A DNA stretch of 64,000 bases from Thermodesulfobacteriota bacterium (GTDB lineage: Bacteria; Desulfobacterota; Desulfobacteria; Desulfobacterales; SURF-7), in assembly GCA_049320885.1 (NCBI GenBank), contig JBMORA010000039.1, positions 32,288 through 96,287 on the forward strand, given 5' to 3'. Numbering within the stretch: position 1 is the first letter of the stretch; each line of letters begins with the position of its first letter. This document shows, piece by piece, positions 30,196 through 39,998 of the stretch. Both the position numbers and the translations under genes were made by a program. Below the pieces are notes generated by a model that searched no databases, was not told where the DNA came from, and saw nothing but the letters and a program-made list of their open reading frames with translations.

Positions 30196-31608
30196 CTAAA
30201 AATGATATCCAACGGTCAGGCCGAAACCCCAGATGCAGCCGCCGGCGCTCAGTTCCACCGGCGAGCCGCCATAGGATTCGTTGAGGGTTTCGCTTTCGCC
30301 GCCGAGTACTCGATCCATTTCGGTGACCGTATATTGGACGGCGCCGTCCACGGTCCAGTTCTTCAGGTGCAGCCCGGCGCCCACGGAATAGGTTTTTTTG
30401 TCCGCGTCGGCCCACAGGGTATCGAAGGTGTTGTCAGGCACCGGGGAGGGGTCATAGAAATATCCGCAACGCAGGCTGAGCAGGTCGTGGGCCCGCCATT
30501 CCAGCCCCATGCGCAGCTGGGTGGTGTCGCGCCAGAAACGCGCATTTTCGGCGCTGGATTGTCCCAGGAACAGGGCGTCGAAATAGGTGGTTTCATGTTC
30601 CACGGCGCTCCAGTTGGTCCAGACCACGTCCACTTCGTAAGACACTTTTTCCGTCAGCATGTATCGGACACCGAGCTGAAGTTGATCCGGAGCATCAATG
30701 TCATTAACCGTTCCCGTGGCGCTGCTCTGAATTCCCAGCGGAGCCAGCGCCGAAAGGGCCTGCATCTGGGCGCCGCTTCCCTTGTATTCCACATCTCCCT
30801 CCAGGCTGGTGCTGGCCTTGCTGCGGTAGGTCAGACCGAAGGTCAGGGCTTCCACTGGCCGGTACATCACCCCCAGATTGACGGAATAATTGAAATCATC
30901 CTTCAGGTCGGCCTCGATGTCGCCGTTTGCCAGCGATTGGGCTGCGCCCATGGCCGCCGCGATTTGCGCTGGCGGAAGCCCCATCATGGTCATTTGCTGG
31001 CCGATTCCGTAGGCCAGCATATTGGCGTTGGCCTGGGAAAGCTTGTATTTGGCGCCTGATGAGGTTTGACCCAGGGCCACGCCGAGGCCCACCGAGAGCT
31101 TGTCGCTTACCTGATAGGCCACGGTGGGCGTGGCCACGGTCCGGGCATACCAGGATTCATAGGAATTGTAGGCGCCGGGATTGCGGCCGGGATCCTTGGA
31201 CCATTCCAGTTTGAGGCCGTAAGGCGAATACAAAGCCGCCCCGATGACGAATTTACCGGCCACCGGCACGGCAAAACCAGCATGGGGGTCAAATAGCATG
31301 GGGCCATCATCGGCGATATTGGCCGGTCCCTGCTGTCCGGTTCCGAGACCCGGATTGGCCTCCACGGTATAGTTCCGCGCGGTCAATACGGGATCAATGG
31401 CGGTAATGCCCGCGGCAACAGAAGCTCCCTTCAGCTGCATCAGACCGGCGGGGTTGTAATGGATGGCGAACACATTGTCGGCGTGGGCGGCGAAAGCCCC
31501 TCCCAGGGCCGTCGCCTTGGCACCGATGCCGTAAGTGTCCACGTTACCGGCGTAAGCATTACCGATCAGCAGGAACGATACCGACAGAAAAACGAGCGCC
31601 TGTTTCAT
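30196..31608 (-). CDS. FadL/OmpP1/TodX family outer-membrane hydrophobic-substrate channel
   Basis: A.ALGGA..A..D...I.YNPAG hatch motif, PYGL, C-terminal YHF, signal peptide. Confidence 0.9.
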   Translation of the reverse strand: MKQALVFLSVSFLLIGNAYAGNVDTYGIGAKATALGGAFAAHADNVFAIHYNPAGLMQLKGASVAAGITAIDPVLTARNYTVEANPGLGTGQQGPANIADDGPMLFDPHAGFAVPVAGKFVIGAALYSPYGLKLEWSKDPGRNPGAYNSYESWYARTVATPTVAYQVSDKLSVGLGVALGQTSSGAKYKLSQANANMLAYGIGQQMTMMGLPPAQIAAAMGAAQSLANGDIEADLKDDFNYSVNLGVMYRPVEALTFGLTYRSKASTSLEGDVEYKGSGAQMQALSALAPLGIQSSATGTVNDIDAPDQLQLGVRYMLTEKVSYEVDVVWTNWSAVEHETTYFDALFLGQSSAENARFWRDTTQLRMGLEWRAHDLLSLRCGYFYDPSPVPDNTFDTLWADADKKTYSVGAGLHLKNWTVDGAVQYTVTEMDRVLGGESETLNESYGGSPVELSAGGCIWGFGLTVGYHF

Positions 31609-31822
31609 GATGATCCTCCTTTTTGGGAAAAGCATAACGATGGGAACGAACGAATGACAACTGATGGTGTTGGGGATTACAATACCGGCAAAAAAAGGAA
31701 ATCTCCGGTCATAAGGAAAGTATGATGGACCGGATCATTTTATATACTTTATAGCCTAAACGACCGGGAAAATCAATCGCGAATTCCGACGCCGAAGGAA
31801 AGACAAGCCGACCGTGGATTCA

Positions 31823-33013
31823 TCAAGCCTTGATGAGTTCGATGAGGGTGATCTCCGAAGGGGAGCCCAGCCGGACAGGGGGGCCCCAATAACCGGTTCC
31901 GCCGCTGATATAGATGCGGGTGCCGGCATGCCGGTGCAGGCCGGTGACATAAGGCTGGGTGAGAAACACGATATAATTCCACGGGAAAAACTGGCCGCCG
32001 TGGGTGTGACCGGATATCTGCAGATCGAATCCGGCCTTGGCGGCGTCGAAAATGCTGCGGGGTTGATGGGCCAGCAGAACAGAGAGGTCCGCCTTCGGAG
32101 CGCCCGCCATGGCCTGGAATGGATTGGATTCATGGCTGGGTGCAAACCGTCCGCCCCGATAGTCCGTCACGCCGGCGATCAGCAGGCGGCCCTGGCCGTG
32201 TTGCACCAGTCGGTGCTCGTTCAGCAGCACCGTGAACCCGAGGCTGCGGACTTTTTCAACCCAGGCGTCGGCGCCGGAATAATATTCATGGTTGCCGGTA
32301 ACGAAAAATTTTCCATGAGCGGCTTGTAATCCGGACAGGGGGGCCACATCTGCGGACAACCGCGGAACCGAGCCGTCCACGAGATCGCCGGTGATGGCGA
32401 CGATATCGGCCGACAGCGTGTTGGCGGCCGCCACAATTCCTTCCACAAACGGCCGTTTGATGGTGGAACCCACGTGGATATCCGTTAGCTGGACAATGCG
32501 GAACCCATCCAGATCGGATGGAAGATGGTCGAAGGGAATCCGGATGGTCTTGATCTCGGGAATTTGACGGGCCTCGGCGACCCCATACCCGGTCATGGCG
32601 CCGGCTCCGGTCAGAATCACCGTGTTCAAGCCGTTGAGCAGAAAGCGCCGGCGTTCGGTATCCGGCGGCTGCGGGGAGGAGGATTCCCGATTCAGGAACC
32701 GTTTGACGGAACGCGGCAGACCGGAAACGAGCAGGAGCAGGTCCCGCATCAGCAGAAAGGTGAGTACGAAACTGATGAAAGCAAGACCGATATATCCATA
32801 AAGGGACACCAGATCCACCAGGAAATTTTCAATACCCGAACTTCGCAGGATGATGGTCAGGGGTGTGGCCATCACGATGGAGCCGATGAGCCCGACCACA
32901 GCCAGGGCTTTTCCCCGGCCGAATCTGGCCGGCCCCAGCAGGCGCCAGGACATGTAGGCAGCGGACACACCGACCACCAGTATAAAGGATATGACGAAAA
33001 GAGAAATCCGCAT
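31823..33013 (-). CDS. Membrane-anchored metallophosphoesterase (YkuE-like)
   Basis: DIH, TGDLVD, GNHE, LAHQP, SGHTHGGQ; N-terminal TM helices. Confidence 0.93.
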   Translation of the reverse strand: MRISLFVISFILVVGVSAAYMSWRLLGPARFGRGKALAVVGLIGSIVMATPLTIILRSSGIENFLVDLVSLYGYIGLAFISFVLTFLLMRDLLLLVSGLPRSVKRFLNRESSSPQPPDTERRRFLLNGLNTVILTGAGAMTGYGVAEARQIPEIKTIRIPFDHLPSDLDGFRIVQLTDIHVGSTIKRPFVEGIVAAANTLSADIVAITGDLVDGSVPRLSADVAPLSGLQAAHGKFFVTGNHEYYSGADAWVEKVRSLGFTVLLNEHRLVQHGQGRLLIAGVTDYRGGRFAPSHESNPFQAMAGAPKADLSVLLAHQPRSIFDAAKAGFDLQISGHTHGGQFFPWNYIVFLTQPYVTGLHRHAGTRIYISGGTGYWGPPVRLGSPSEITLIELIKA

Positions 33014-33044
33014 GGCCCTGTCTTTCCATCCGCCGTGACGGTTT

Positions 33045-33428
33045 TTATTCGTCGACCTCGCCCGCGCCCACCAGGGGGAGTTCCTTATCGACTTTAAAAA
33101 TCATTAAAAAGCGTTTGTGGTTATCGTCATCCGCATAGGTGCGCCGGCTGAGGGAGAGAATCCGATCATTGTCTCTTTCTTCCCGAACCTTGCATAAAAA
33201 CAGGCGTTTCCCTTTAAAACCAGGCCCTTCTTCAATAAAGAGATAAACGGCGAAGGGGTTGGTCTGCAGGTTGGAATGGGTCAGCCGGTCACGCATGATG
33301 AAGGCCAAGGTGCCGTCTTCGAGGATATGCGGTCGCGAATAAATGGCGGCATCCACCCTTCCATGATTGTCGGCGGTGGAAAGAACACCGGTTCCCTTGG
33401 TCTTTTCAAAGTATTCTTTGTAATTCAT
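33045..33428 (-). CDS. Pyridoxamine 5'-phosphate oxidase-like split-barrel protein
   Basis: GVLSTAD..G.V..A, NL..NP.A, G.RL. Confidence 0.75.
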   Translation of the reverse strand: MNYKEYFEKTKGTGVLSTADNHGRVDAAIYSRPHILEDGTLAFIMRDRLTHSNLQTNPFAVYLFIEEGPGFKGKRLFLCKVREERDNDRILSLSRRTYADDDNHKRFLMIFKVDKELPLVGAGEVDE

Positions 33429-33579
33429 GGCTGCCTCCTTCTCAAAATGCGGCGAATTTCATTCCTCCGGCATTGGTTTTCCATTCAGGATATGCGCCGC
33501 TCACAGGTGTATGGGATAACATAATACCGCTATTCCTGATTGCAATACCGCTGTTTGACAGCGGAAAACGATATGCGGG

Positions 33580-34845
33580 CTATCGTCCGGTCTTCCGGCC
33601 GAAGGCGAAGGACGACAGGGATCGGTTGCGCGGTTGAAAGGTGTTGTCGGCCATTTCCCTGCGGACTACTTTTTGAAGGAGCCGAAACATTTTAAATTCC
33701 TGGGATTCATCCTGGTAAAACGTATCCCAGGCGTACTGAAGGAGCTCTTCCAGCCGGGAAGGGGTCATGTGCTTTGGCTGATAAACGACTTTGTCGGCGG
33801 AGTAAGCGTCCCAATCAAAGGAAAAAATCCGGTTCTGGCTGTTCAATTCATCAAAGGCCTTGGTGTGGGGAAAGGGCGTCAGCACGGTAAATTCGGCCAG
33901 ATCCAGTTCGATTTCGAGCAGAAAATCGATCAGGCGTTTGATATAGTCCTCGGTGTGGTGGTCAAGACCGAGGAGAACGGTGGCCTCCACGCCGATGCCG
34001 GCGTCATGATACCGCCGGATGCGATTTTTGATATAATCCGATGTATCGAAAACCGCCTGGTAGACATACCAGGCGCCGGCCTGGGCAGCCAGGTCCAGAA
34101 CCTCCGGATGATCCTCGATGGGATGGCAGCACCATTTTTTTTTCAGCGGGATCATTTCCCGGAAGAGATCTTTTTCCCATTGCCGGTCCTGGGACAGGGA
34201 GTTGTCCACCAGAAAAAGGCGGTTGTTTTGAATACCGGCCATTTCCGCGATCACCCGGTCGATGGGCCGGGGCCTGAATTGTTGCCCTCCGAGATAGGCC
34301 ACGGCGCAGGGATAGCAATGAAAACGACAGCCGCGGGAAGCATGGATCAGATCCACCATCTGCACACCGCGGTAATTATACAATTCATGCCGCAGGATAT
34401 CCCTGCGGGCCGGACCGACGAGATCGATGGGCGGGGGAGACGCCAGGTAATCATACACCTTCCGGAGATTTCCCGCCTGGAAATCGGCAAAAACCTGTTC
34501 CATATGGCCTTCGGCTTCACCCAGAAAGACGGCGTCCGCGTGCCGCATGGTTTCCTCGGCGTGCAGGGTGGCCGCTATTCCGCCGCAGATCACCGGCACA
34601 CCCTTGCGGCGATAGGTTCCGGCGATTTCCCAGCCGCGCTTCACCTGAATGGTGAGCATCATGGAGATGCCCACAAAATCAACCGGGTCATCGAAATCGA
34701 TGTCTTCCAGATTTTCGTCGACAAAAACAACATCCACATGGGGCGGCAGGGCGGCGGCGAACACCACGGGACCGTGGGGGGGCAAATGAAATTCCGTCTG
34801 CCGGTTCAAACGGCGCCATTTGGGGTAGATCAATTTGAATTTCAT
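33580..34845 (-). CDS. B12-binding radical SAM protein
   Basis: DEN...D.VGIS...GG..AT cobalamin domain; SRGCRFHCYPC; TPFPHT. Confidence 0.9.
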   Translation of the reverse strand: MKFKLIYPKWRRLNRQTEFHLPPHGPVVFAAALPPHVDVVFVDENLEDIDFDDPVDFVGISMMLTIQVKRGWEIAGTYRRKGVPVICGGIAATLHAEETMRHADAVFLGEAEGHMEQVFADFQAGNLRKVYDYLASPPPIDLVGPARRDILRHELYNYRGVQMVDLIHASRGCRFHCYPCAVAYLGGQQFRPRPIDRVIAEMAGIQNNRLFLVDNSLSQDRQWEKDLFREMIPLKKKWCCHPIEDHPEVLDLAAQAGAWYVYQAVFDTSDYIKNRIRRYHDAGIGVEATVLLGLDHHTEDYIKRLIDFLLEIELDLAEFTVLTPFPHTKAFDELNSQNRIFSFDWDAYSADKVVYQPKHMTPSRLEELLQYAWDTFYQDESQEFKMFRLLQKVVRREMADNTFQPRNRSLSSFAFGRKTGR

Positions 34846-34876
34846 GGAATCCGTTACCTGTCCATATATTTTGGTC

Positions 34877-35554
34877 TCATTCCAGCGGCAGGGCTTCCAC
34901 CAGGTGCATGGTCAGTTCATATCCGAAGAGGCCGTGGGCCTTCAACTTCAATGTTCCCGGCCACGGCGCCGATTTTTGAAACGAATCGGTCAGATCCGTG
35001 GCCGTCACCGAGCGCAGGATGGTTCCCTTGTCGTCATAGCGTTTCATGACCCAATCCCCGTTTTCCCGCATGGTAAGGTCGAGAAAGCCGCCGGCGGCCA
35101 GGTGATGACGGCAGGTTTCCTCGCCGTCCGGCAATCGCCCGTATTCCCTTTTGGTGGTTTCGGGGGGGAAAAAAATAAGCCGGATATCGTCCATCATTCC
35201 TTTTGCCAGCGCGGGAGAGTCGAAGGGTGCAACGGCGCGGTTGACCGCCAGGTCGCCGTTTTCAACAGCCGCCTCGAAGAGGACAAAGCCTTCCAGGGTC
35301 ATCAGGGCGCATCGGATGCCGGGCGGTTCGTCCTCAAGGATCATCAGGCCCTGGAGAAAAGCCTTGCGGCCGTCGGGGGCATCGGCTTCGATGGCGTGAA
35401 GCAGCTGCCATTTTCCGGTGGGGAACAGGTTCCGGCATTTCGCTGCCAGGGCTGTTTCCGCTGCGGAATTCTCCATGGGCGCGATTCGGGCAAGCGGTGA
35501 GGCGCAGGCGCAACACACCAGAATCAGGAGGAGGATGACCGGCTTGAGGTTCAT
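34877..35554 (-). CDS. Lipoprotein (DUF3261-like, typical of aryl polyene/ladderane-type clusters)
   Basis: Lipobox-like VCCAC; G.VLF...DIRLIF...YEL pattern; position next to LolA-like gene. Confidence 0.6.
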   Translation of the reverse strand: MNLKPVILLLILVCCACASPLARIAPMENSAAETALAAKCRNLFPTGKWQLLHAIEADAPDGRKAFLQGLMILEDEPPGIRCALMTLEGFVLFEAAVENGDLAVNRAVAPFDSPALAKGMMDDIRLIFFPPETTKREYGRLPDGEETCRHHLAAGGFLDLTMRENGDWVMKRYDDKGTILRSVTATDLTDSFQKSAPWPGTLKLKAHGLFGYELTMHLVEALPLE

Positions 35555-36174
35555 TGAATATCCCGGAAAACCTTCGCGGGGATTTTATCATTGGCTACCA
35601 CGTTTTGAAAAACGAGCTTGGTATACGAGTCGCTGCTTTCGTAAATGAGCACGGCGTCAATGATACCGATTTTGTCGGAGAGGATCAGTTCGATTTTTTC
35701 AATGAACGCGGCGAAGGCTTTTTCTTTCGGAATCAGGGTGATTTTGCGGTTGGGCTCCAGAACGGGGTCGAACGCCGGGTTGTCGCGGAACCGGCCGTTC
35801 AGCCAGCCGCTGATTTCCTGCAGAACGATCTGCATGGATTGCAGCTGGATTCCGGTGTCTTCCACCAGCTTGTCTTTCCGTTGAACGTAGTGTTTGAGAC
35901 GATCGTTGTCCACCATCAAAATGCTGCGGATGGGTGCTTCGTATTCCCAGCGCAGGGAGCCGGGGGCCTGATAGTAAAAGCGGCCCCTGGAAATCAACGG
36001 CCGGGCGAGAATCGCCATATGCTTTTCCTGAATGAATTCCGCCTGGATCGATGTCAGACGGCCGGCGGATTGCTGAATCGCGTCCCATGTCTCGGCCCAG
36101 CCGGGACAAAACAGGGCTGTCAGCAGTGCAAGGAAAAGCGCTGTCCGTTTGCGCGGGATCGGCTTTGCTTCCAT
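35551..36174 (-). CDS. LolA-like lipid/lipoprotein carrier
   Basis: A.F.QEK...SRG.F....PG.LRWEY..P; ATGA overlap with fabG. Confidence 0.88.
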   Translation of the reverse strand: MEAKPIPRKRTALFLALLTALFCPGWAETWDAIQQSAGRLTSIQAEFIQEKHMAILARPLISRGRFYYQAPGSLRWEYEAPIRSILMVDNDRLKHYVQRKDKLVEDTGIQLQSMQIVLQEISGWLNGRFRDNPAFDPVLEPNRKITLIPKEKAFAAFIEKIELILSDKIGIIDAVLIYESSDSYTKLVFQNVVANDKIPAKVFRDIQ

Positions 36175-36926
36175 CAAAACATGCCCCCATTCACGGAGAT
36201 CACCTGTCCGGTAATGTAGGATGCGTCTTCGGAGCATAAAAACCGCACTGTTCTGGCCACTTCCTCCGGTTTGCCGATCCGGGCCATGGGGATCAGGTTT
36301 TTTATATTGTCGAGGGGGATGTTCCGGGTCATATCGGTTTCGATAAGACCCGGCGCGACGACATTGATCCGGATTCCGAGCCGCGCCACCTCCGCGGCCA
36401 CCGATCGGCTGGCGCCGATCAGGCCGGCTTTGGCGGCGGAATAATTGGCCTGGCCGCGATTGGGTATGAGGGCGGAAACCGAGGCGATGGAGACGACGGC
36501 GCCCCGTTTTTGACGGATCATTTTTTCCAGCACGGGTTTGGTCATGTTGTAAAAACCGTTCAGACTGGTCTGGATCACCGCATCCCATTTCGGCCTGGGC
36601 ATCATGACAAACAGGCCGTCGGCGGTGATGCCGGCGTTATTCACCAGAATATCGACGGATTTCTTCCGGCCGGCAACATCGGCGACCGCCTGCCTGGCGG
36701 CCTCCATATCGCCGACATCAAACGCCATGGTTTCGCCGTCTCCGCCCGCTTCCCTCACCAGCTCCAGGGTTTTTTCCGCCCCCGGCGCATCGGATTTATA
36801 ATTGATGACGATGTAATATCCGCTGCGGGCCAGTTCGATGCTGACGGCCCGCCCGATTCCCCTGCTGCCGCCGGTGACGATGGCGACCGGTCCGGCCGGC
36901 TCCGATTTGTCCTGATTCCGTTCCAA
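36174..36926 (-). CDS. fabG: 3-oxoacyl-ACP reductase
   Basis: TGGSRGIG, NNAG, YSAAK, APG.I.T. Confidence 0.92.
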   Translation of the reverse strand: MERNQDKSEPAGPVAIVTGGSRGIGRAVSIELARSGYYIVINYKSDAPGAEKTLELVREAGGDGETMAFDVGDMEAARQAVADVAGRKKSVDILVNNAGITADGLFVMMPRPKWDAVIQTSLNGFYNMTKPVLEKMIRQKRGAVVSIASVSALIPNRGQANYSAAKAGLIGASRSVAAEVARLGIRINVVAPGLIETDMTRNIPLDNIKNLIPMARIGKPEEVARTVRFLCSEDASYITGQVISVNGGMF

Positions 36927-36947
36927 AGCTGTCTTCCTCTCCCGTTC

Positions 36948-37382
36948 CTAATCCGGTTGAAACAACTGCAACGTGGCCTCCGCGGCTCCGGCGCCGTCGA
37001 TGTCCGCTTGGCAGCGGACCTCCCTGAAATTTTCGAACTCGAAGTTATTTTCGGCCATTGCGATGATTTCCGCACCCAGTGGAATCCGTTGCATAAAGAA
37101 GCGCGCCTGTTTGATTCCCACCAGCCAGCCCGTCTTTTTCGAATCCAGGCCGTTTTTGCGAACACGGGCCCAGCCGTTGGCGATTCCCGCGGTTTGCGCC
37201 ATGATTTCAATCAGAATCAGGGAGTCCACGCTGATCCCTTCCACCAGCGGCCAGTCGGCGGATACGACGGACCGTGTCCTGGAGCGGATGTCGTCCAGCT
37301 CCAGAATGTCCTGGATCAGTCGCATCCGGCCGCGATGGGGCAACAGATCGTCAATGCCGATATGCCTCCAATCCATGGTCAT
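36948..37382 (-). CDS. Hotdog-fold 3-hydroxyacyl-ACP dehydratase (ApeP-like)
   Basis: LLPH...M.LI, IEIMAQ, G.LVG. Confidence 0.8.
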   Translation of the reverse strand: MTMDWRHIGIDDLLPHRGRMRLIQDILELDDIRSRTRSVVSADWPLVEGISVDSLILIEIMAQTAGIANGWARVRKNGLDSKKTGWLVGIKQARFFMQRIPLGAEIIAMAENNFEFENFREVRCQADIDGAGAAEATLQLFQPD

Positions 37383-37406
37383 TCATCACCCGCCTTTAAA
37401 AAAACA

Positions 37407-37435
37407 TTGAAAATAAGCCGGCGAATCTTTAGTAT
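37407..37435 (+). promoter_or_regulatory. sigma70-like promoter for the right arm of the lipid cluster
   Basis: TTGAAA-N17-TAGTAT. Confidence 0.5.
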
Positions 37436-37502
37436 CTATCGGCCACGTACCGGCGGCAAAGTACCGGCGGCTGACGGCCGGCCTCCCGTAACAATCGAAG
37501 GG

Positions 37503-37531
37503 ATGCTACAACAATTTAACCCTGCTGTAAA
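37503..37531 (-). promoter_or_regulatory. sigma70-like promoter for the left arm of the lipid cluster
   Basis: Minus strand TTTACA-N17-TAGCAT. Confidence 0.45.
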
Positions 37532-37566
37532 GCAACAAGCCCAAACGGCAAGGAACGGACGGTTGC

Positions 37567-37833
37567 ATGGAAGCGTTGCTGGAAGAACTGAAACACAAAA
37601 TTATCGACGTGCTGAATCTCACCGACATCACACCGGCGGATTTCAAAACCGATGAACAGCTCGTGGGCGGAGCCCTCGGTATCGATTCGATCGACGTGCT
37701 GGAAATGGTGATGATGATCGAAAAGGAATACGGTGTCATTATCGACAACAAGGAACTTGGGGAAAAGGTTTTCGCCACTTTGGGCGCCCTGGCGGCCTAT
37801 ATCCATGAACATTCCCCCCGGTTGCTCAATTGA
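37567..37833 (+). CDS. Acyl carrier protein 1
   Basis: LGIDSIDVLE phosphopantetheine motif; acidic, 88 aa. Confidence 0.93.
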   Translation: MEALLEELKHKIIDVLNLTDITPADFKTDEQLVGGALGIDSIDVLEMVMMIEKEYGVIIDNKELGEKVFATLGALAAYIHEHSPRLLN

Positions 37834-39998
37834 AACAAGGCCGGGCTTATATTCACGGCATGGGAGTGGTGAGCCCCCTCGGCTGCGGGGTCGAGGCCAC
37901 CCGAAAGGCGCTTCTGGACGGAAGCCGGTTTCTTAACCCCCTGGAATTGTTTCCGGTGCCCAAGGGAGAGCCGTTGCCGGTGGGCCAGGTCGCCATCCTG
38001 GAGCAGGATGAGAGGCTGCCGCGGACCCACCGTCTGGCAAGAATCGCGGCGGCCCAGGCCATGGCCGGCAAATCCGAATCGCCGGACGCCATCGTCATGG
38101 GGGTGACCACCGGCGGCATGGCGATGACGGAAATCCACCTGAAAAAACCGCATCCCCATCCGGGTCTTTTCACCCACCATGCCGTCTGTTCGGTTGCGGA
38201 AGATATTGCCGCGCTATACCACTGCCGGGGGCCGGTGATAACGGTTTCAACCGCCTGCTCATCGGGCGGCGCGGCCGTCAAGATCGCCCTGGAATTGATC
38301 CGCAACCGCAAGGCCACACGGGTACTGGCCGGCGGTGCTGATTCGCTGTGCCGTTTGACGTATTATGGATTTCTGTCCCTCCAATTGATCGATCCCCTGG
38401 GCGCCAGACCCTTGGATAAAAACCGCCGGGGGATGTCCGTGGCCGAGGCCGCCGCCATGTTGCTCCTGGTGGCCGATGAACCGGAGCGGGCGCTGGGTGA
38501 AATTCTGGGGGGCGGGCTTTCCTGCGATGCCTACCACCCCGCCGCCCCCCATCCCGAGGGTGAAGGCGCGTTGGCAGCCATGCGGGCGGCACTGGCGGAC
38601 GCCGGAATCGATTCCGGAGATATCGATTATATCAACCTGCACGGCACCGGGACCGTGGACAACGACCGCTCGGAGGCCAAGGCGATCCGGGCGCTTTTCA
38701 GCCCGCGAATTCCGTCGCTGTCATCCATCAAGGGGGCCTCCGGGCATTCCCTGGCGGCGGCCGGCGCCGTCGAAACGGTGGTTTCCGCAATGGCCATCGG
38801 ACAAGGTTTCATCCCCGCCAACACCGGCTGCGAACTTCCGGATCCTCTCCTGTCGATAGTTCCTCTGCGCGAGCCTCTGCCGGCGAAAGTGGAAACGGTA
38901 CTGTCCAATTCGTTCGGTTTCGGCGGTAATAATGCGGCGGTGGTCATCGGCGGGCCGGGGAGATCCTCCCGTTCCGAAACCTCCATCCGGAAACAGGTTT
39001 TGTCGGTCATCGGCAGCGCCTGCATCACCGGTCGGGGGGGGACGGAAATGACCATGGACGCGCTTCGCCGGGGTGAGGCGTGCGTCGGAACAGCAACCAC
39101 GGAGACCGTCGCGATTTCCCGGCCGCCTTCGGATATCCGGCGCCTGAAACGTCTTCCCCGTCTTTCGCTTGCTCTGGCCGATGCGGCGTTGCGGGATTGC
39201 GAACCTTTTCGAAATCCGGCGGCGGTGTTTTTCGGCACCGGCTGGGGCGCTCTGTCCGAAACCCATGATTTCCTGACACGGCTGCATGACACCGGGGAGC
39301 AATTTCCAAGTCCCACGGATTTTGTGGGCTCCGTTCATAATGCGCCGGCAGGAAGGGTAGCCATGTGGTGCCAGGCCCGGGGGCCCTGTGTAACGGCCAC
39401 CGGCGGGGATTATTCATTTGAGCAGGCCGTGTTCACCGCCGGACTGTGCGCACCCGGAGATGATGACTGCTTTCTGGTGATCGGCGCGGATGAAAACCAT
39501 AAGGTGCTGTCACCGTTGTTTGACCGGTCCCTGCTTTCCGGCGGGCTTCCTTCTGACGGCGGCGGCGCCTTTCTGCTGAGCAGGTCCCTGACGGCAGGAG
39601 CCTTGCAGATGGAACTGCGGTTTTATGAGAGCGCCGGCAACCATCCGGAGGTGATGGCGAAACTGCTGTCCGCATTGGGTGGAAAGAAGGCAATGGGGGA
39701 ACGGTATGGATTCATCATGGCGGGGATTCCCGGAGCGGAGAGAAAAACCGGTGAGCAGCAGCTGGAAAGCATGCTTTCCGGGGCGGATTTCCCAAATCCC
39801 GTGGTGGACTACCGCAAATGGATTGGCGAATTCGCATCGGCGTCCGCCGTGGCAGCCGTTGTGGCCATGAAATGCCTTCAGCAGGGGGTTCTGCCGGGGG
39901 CCCTCCGGAAAGGAGCGGACCTGGGCCTCGGTTCGCGGGGCGCCCTTATTGTCGGGCTGGGCCGGTTTGTCACGGCCCTGGAGATAATGCCCGGATGA
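37830..39998 (+). CDS. Beta-ketoacyl-ACP synthase fused to a chain-length-factor-like domain
   Basis: TACSS, HGTGT, KG..GH triad in the N-half; C-half RRL.R...SPT.F..SVHNA with no catalytic triad seen. Confidence 0.88.
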   Translation: MKQGRAYIHGMGVVSPLGCGVEATRKALLDGSRFLNPLELFPVPKGEPLPVGQVAILEQDERLPRTHRLARIAAAQAMAGKSESPDAIVMGVTTGGMAMTEIHLKKPHPHPGLFTHHAVCSVAEDIAALYHCRGPVITVSTACSSGGAAVKIALELIRNRKATRVLAGGADSLCRLTYYGFLSLQLIDPLGARPLDKNRRGMSVAEAAAMLLLVADEPERALGEILGGGLSCDAYHPAAPHPEGEGALAAMRAALADAGIDSGDIDYINLHGTGTVDNDRSEAKAIRALFSPRIPSLSSIKGASGHSLAAAGAVETVVSAMAIGQGFIPANTGCELPDPLLSIVPLREPLPAKVETVLSNSFGFGGNNAAVVIGGPGRSSRSETSIRKQVLSVIGSACITGRGGTEMTMDALRRGEACVGTATTETVAISRPPSDIRRLKRLPRLSLALADAALRDCEPFRNPAAVFFGTGWGALSETHDFLTRLHDTGEQFPSPTDFVGSVHNAPAGRVAMWCQARGPCVTATGGDYSFEQAVFTAGLCAPGDDDCFLVIGADENHKVLSPLFDRSLLSGGLPSDGGGAFLLSRSLTAGALQMELRFYESAGNHPEVMAKLLSALGGKKAMGERYGFIMAGIPGAERKTGEQQLESMLSGADFPNPVVDYRKWIGEFASASAVAAVVAMKCLQQGVLPGALRKGADLGLGSRGALIVGLGRFVTALEIMPG

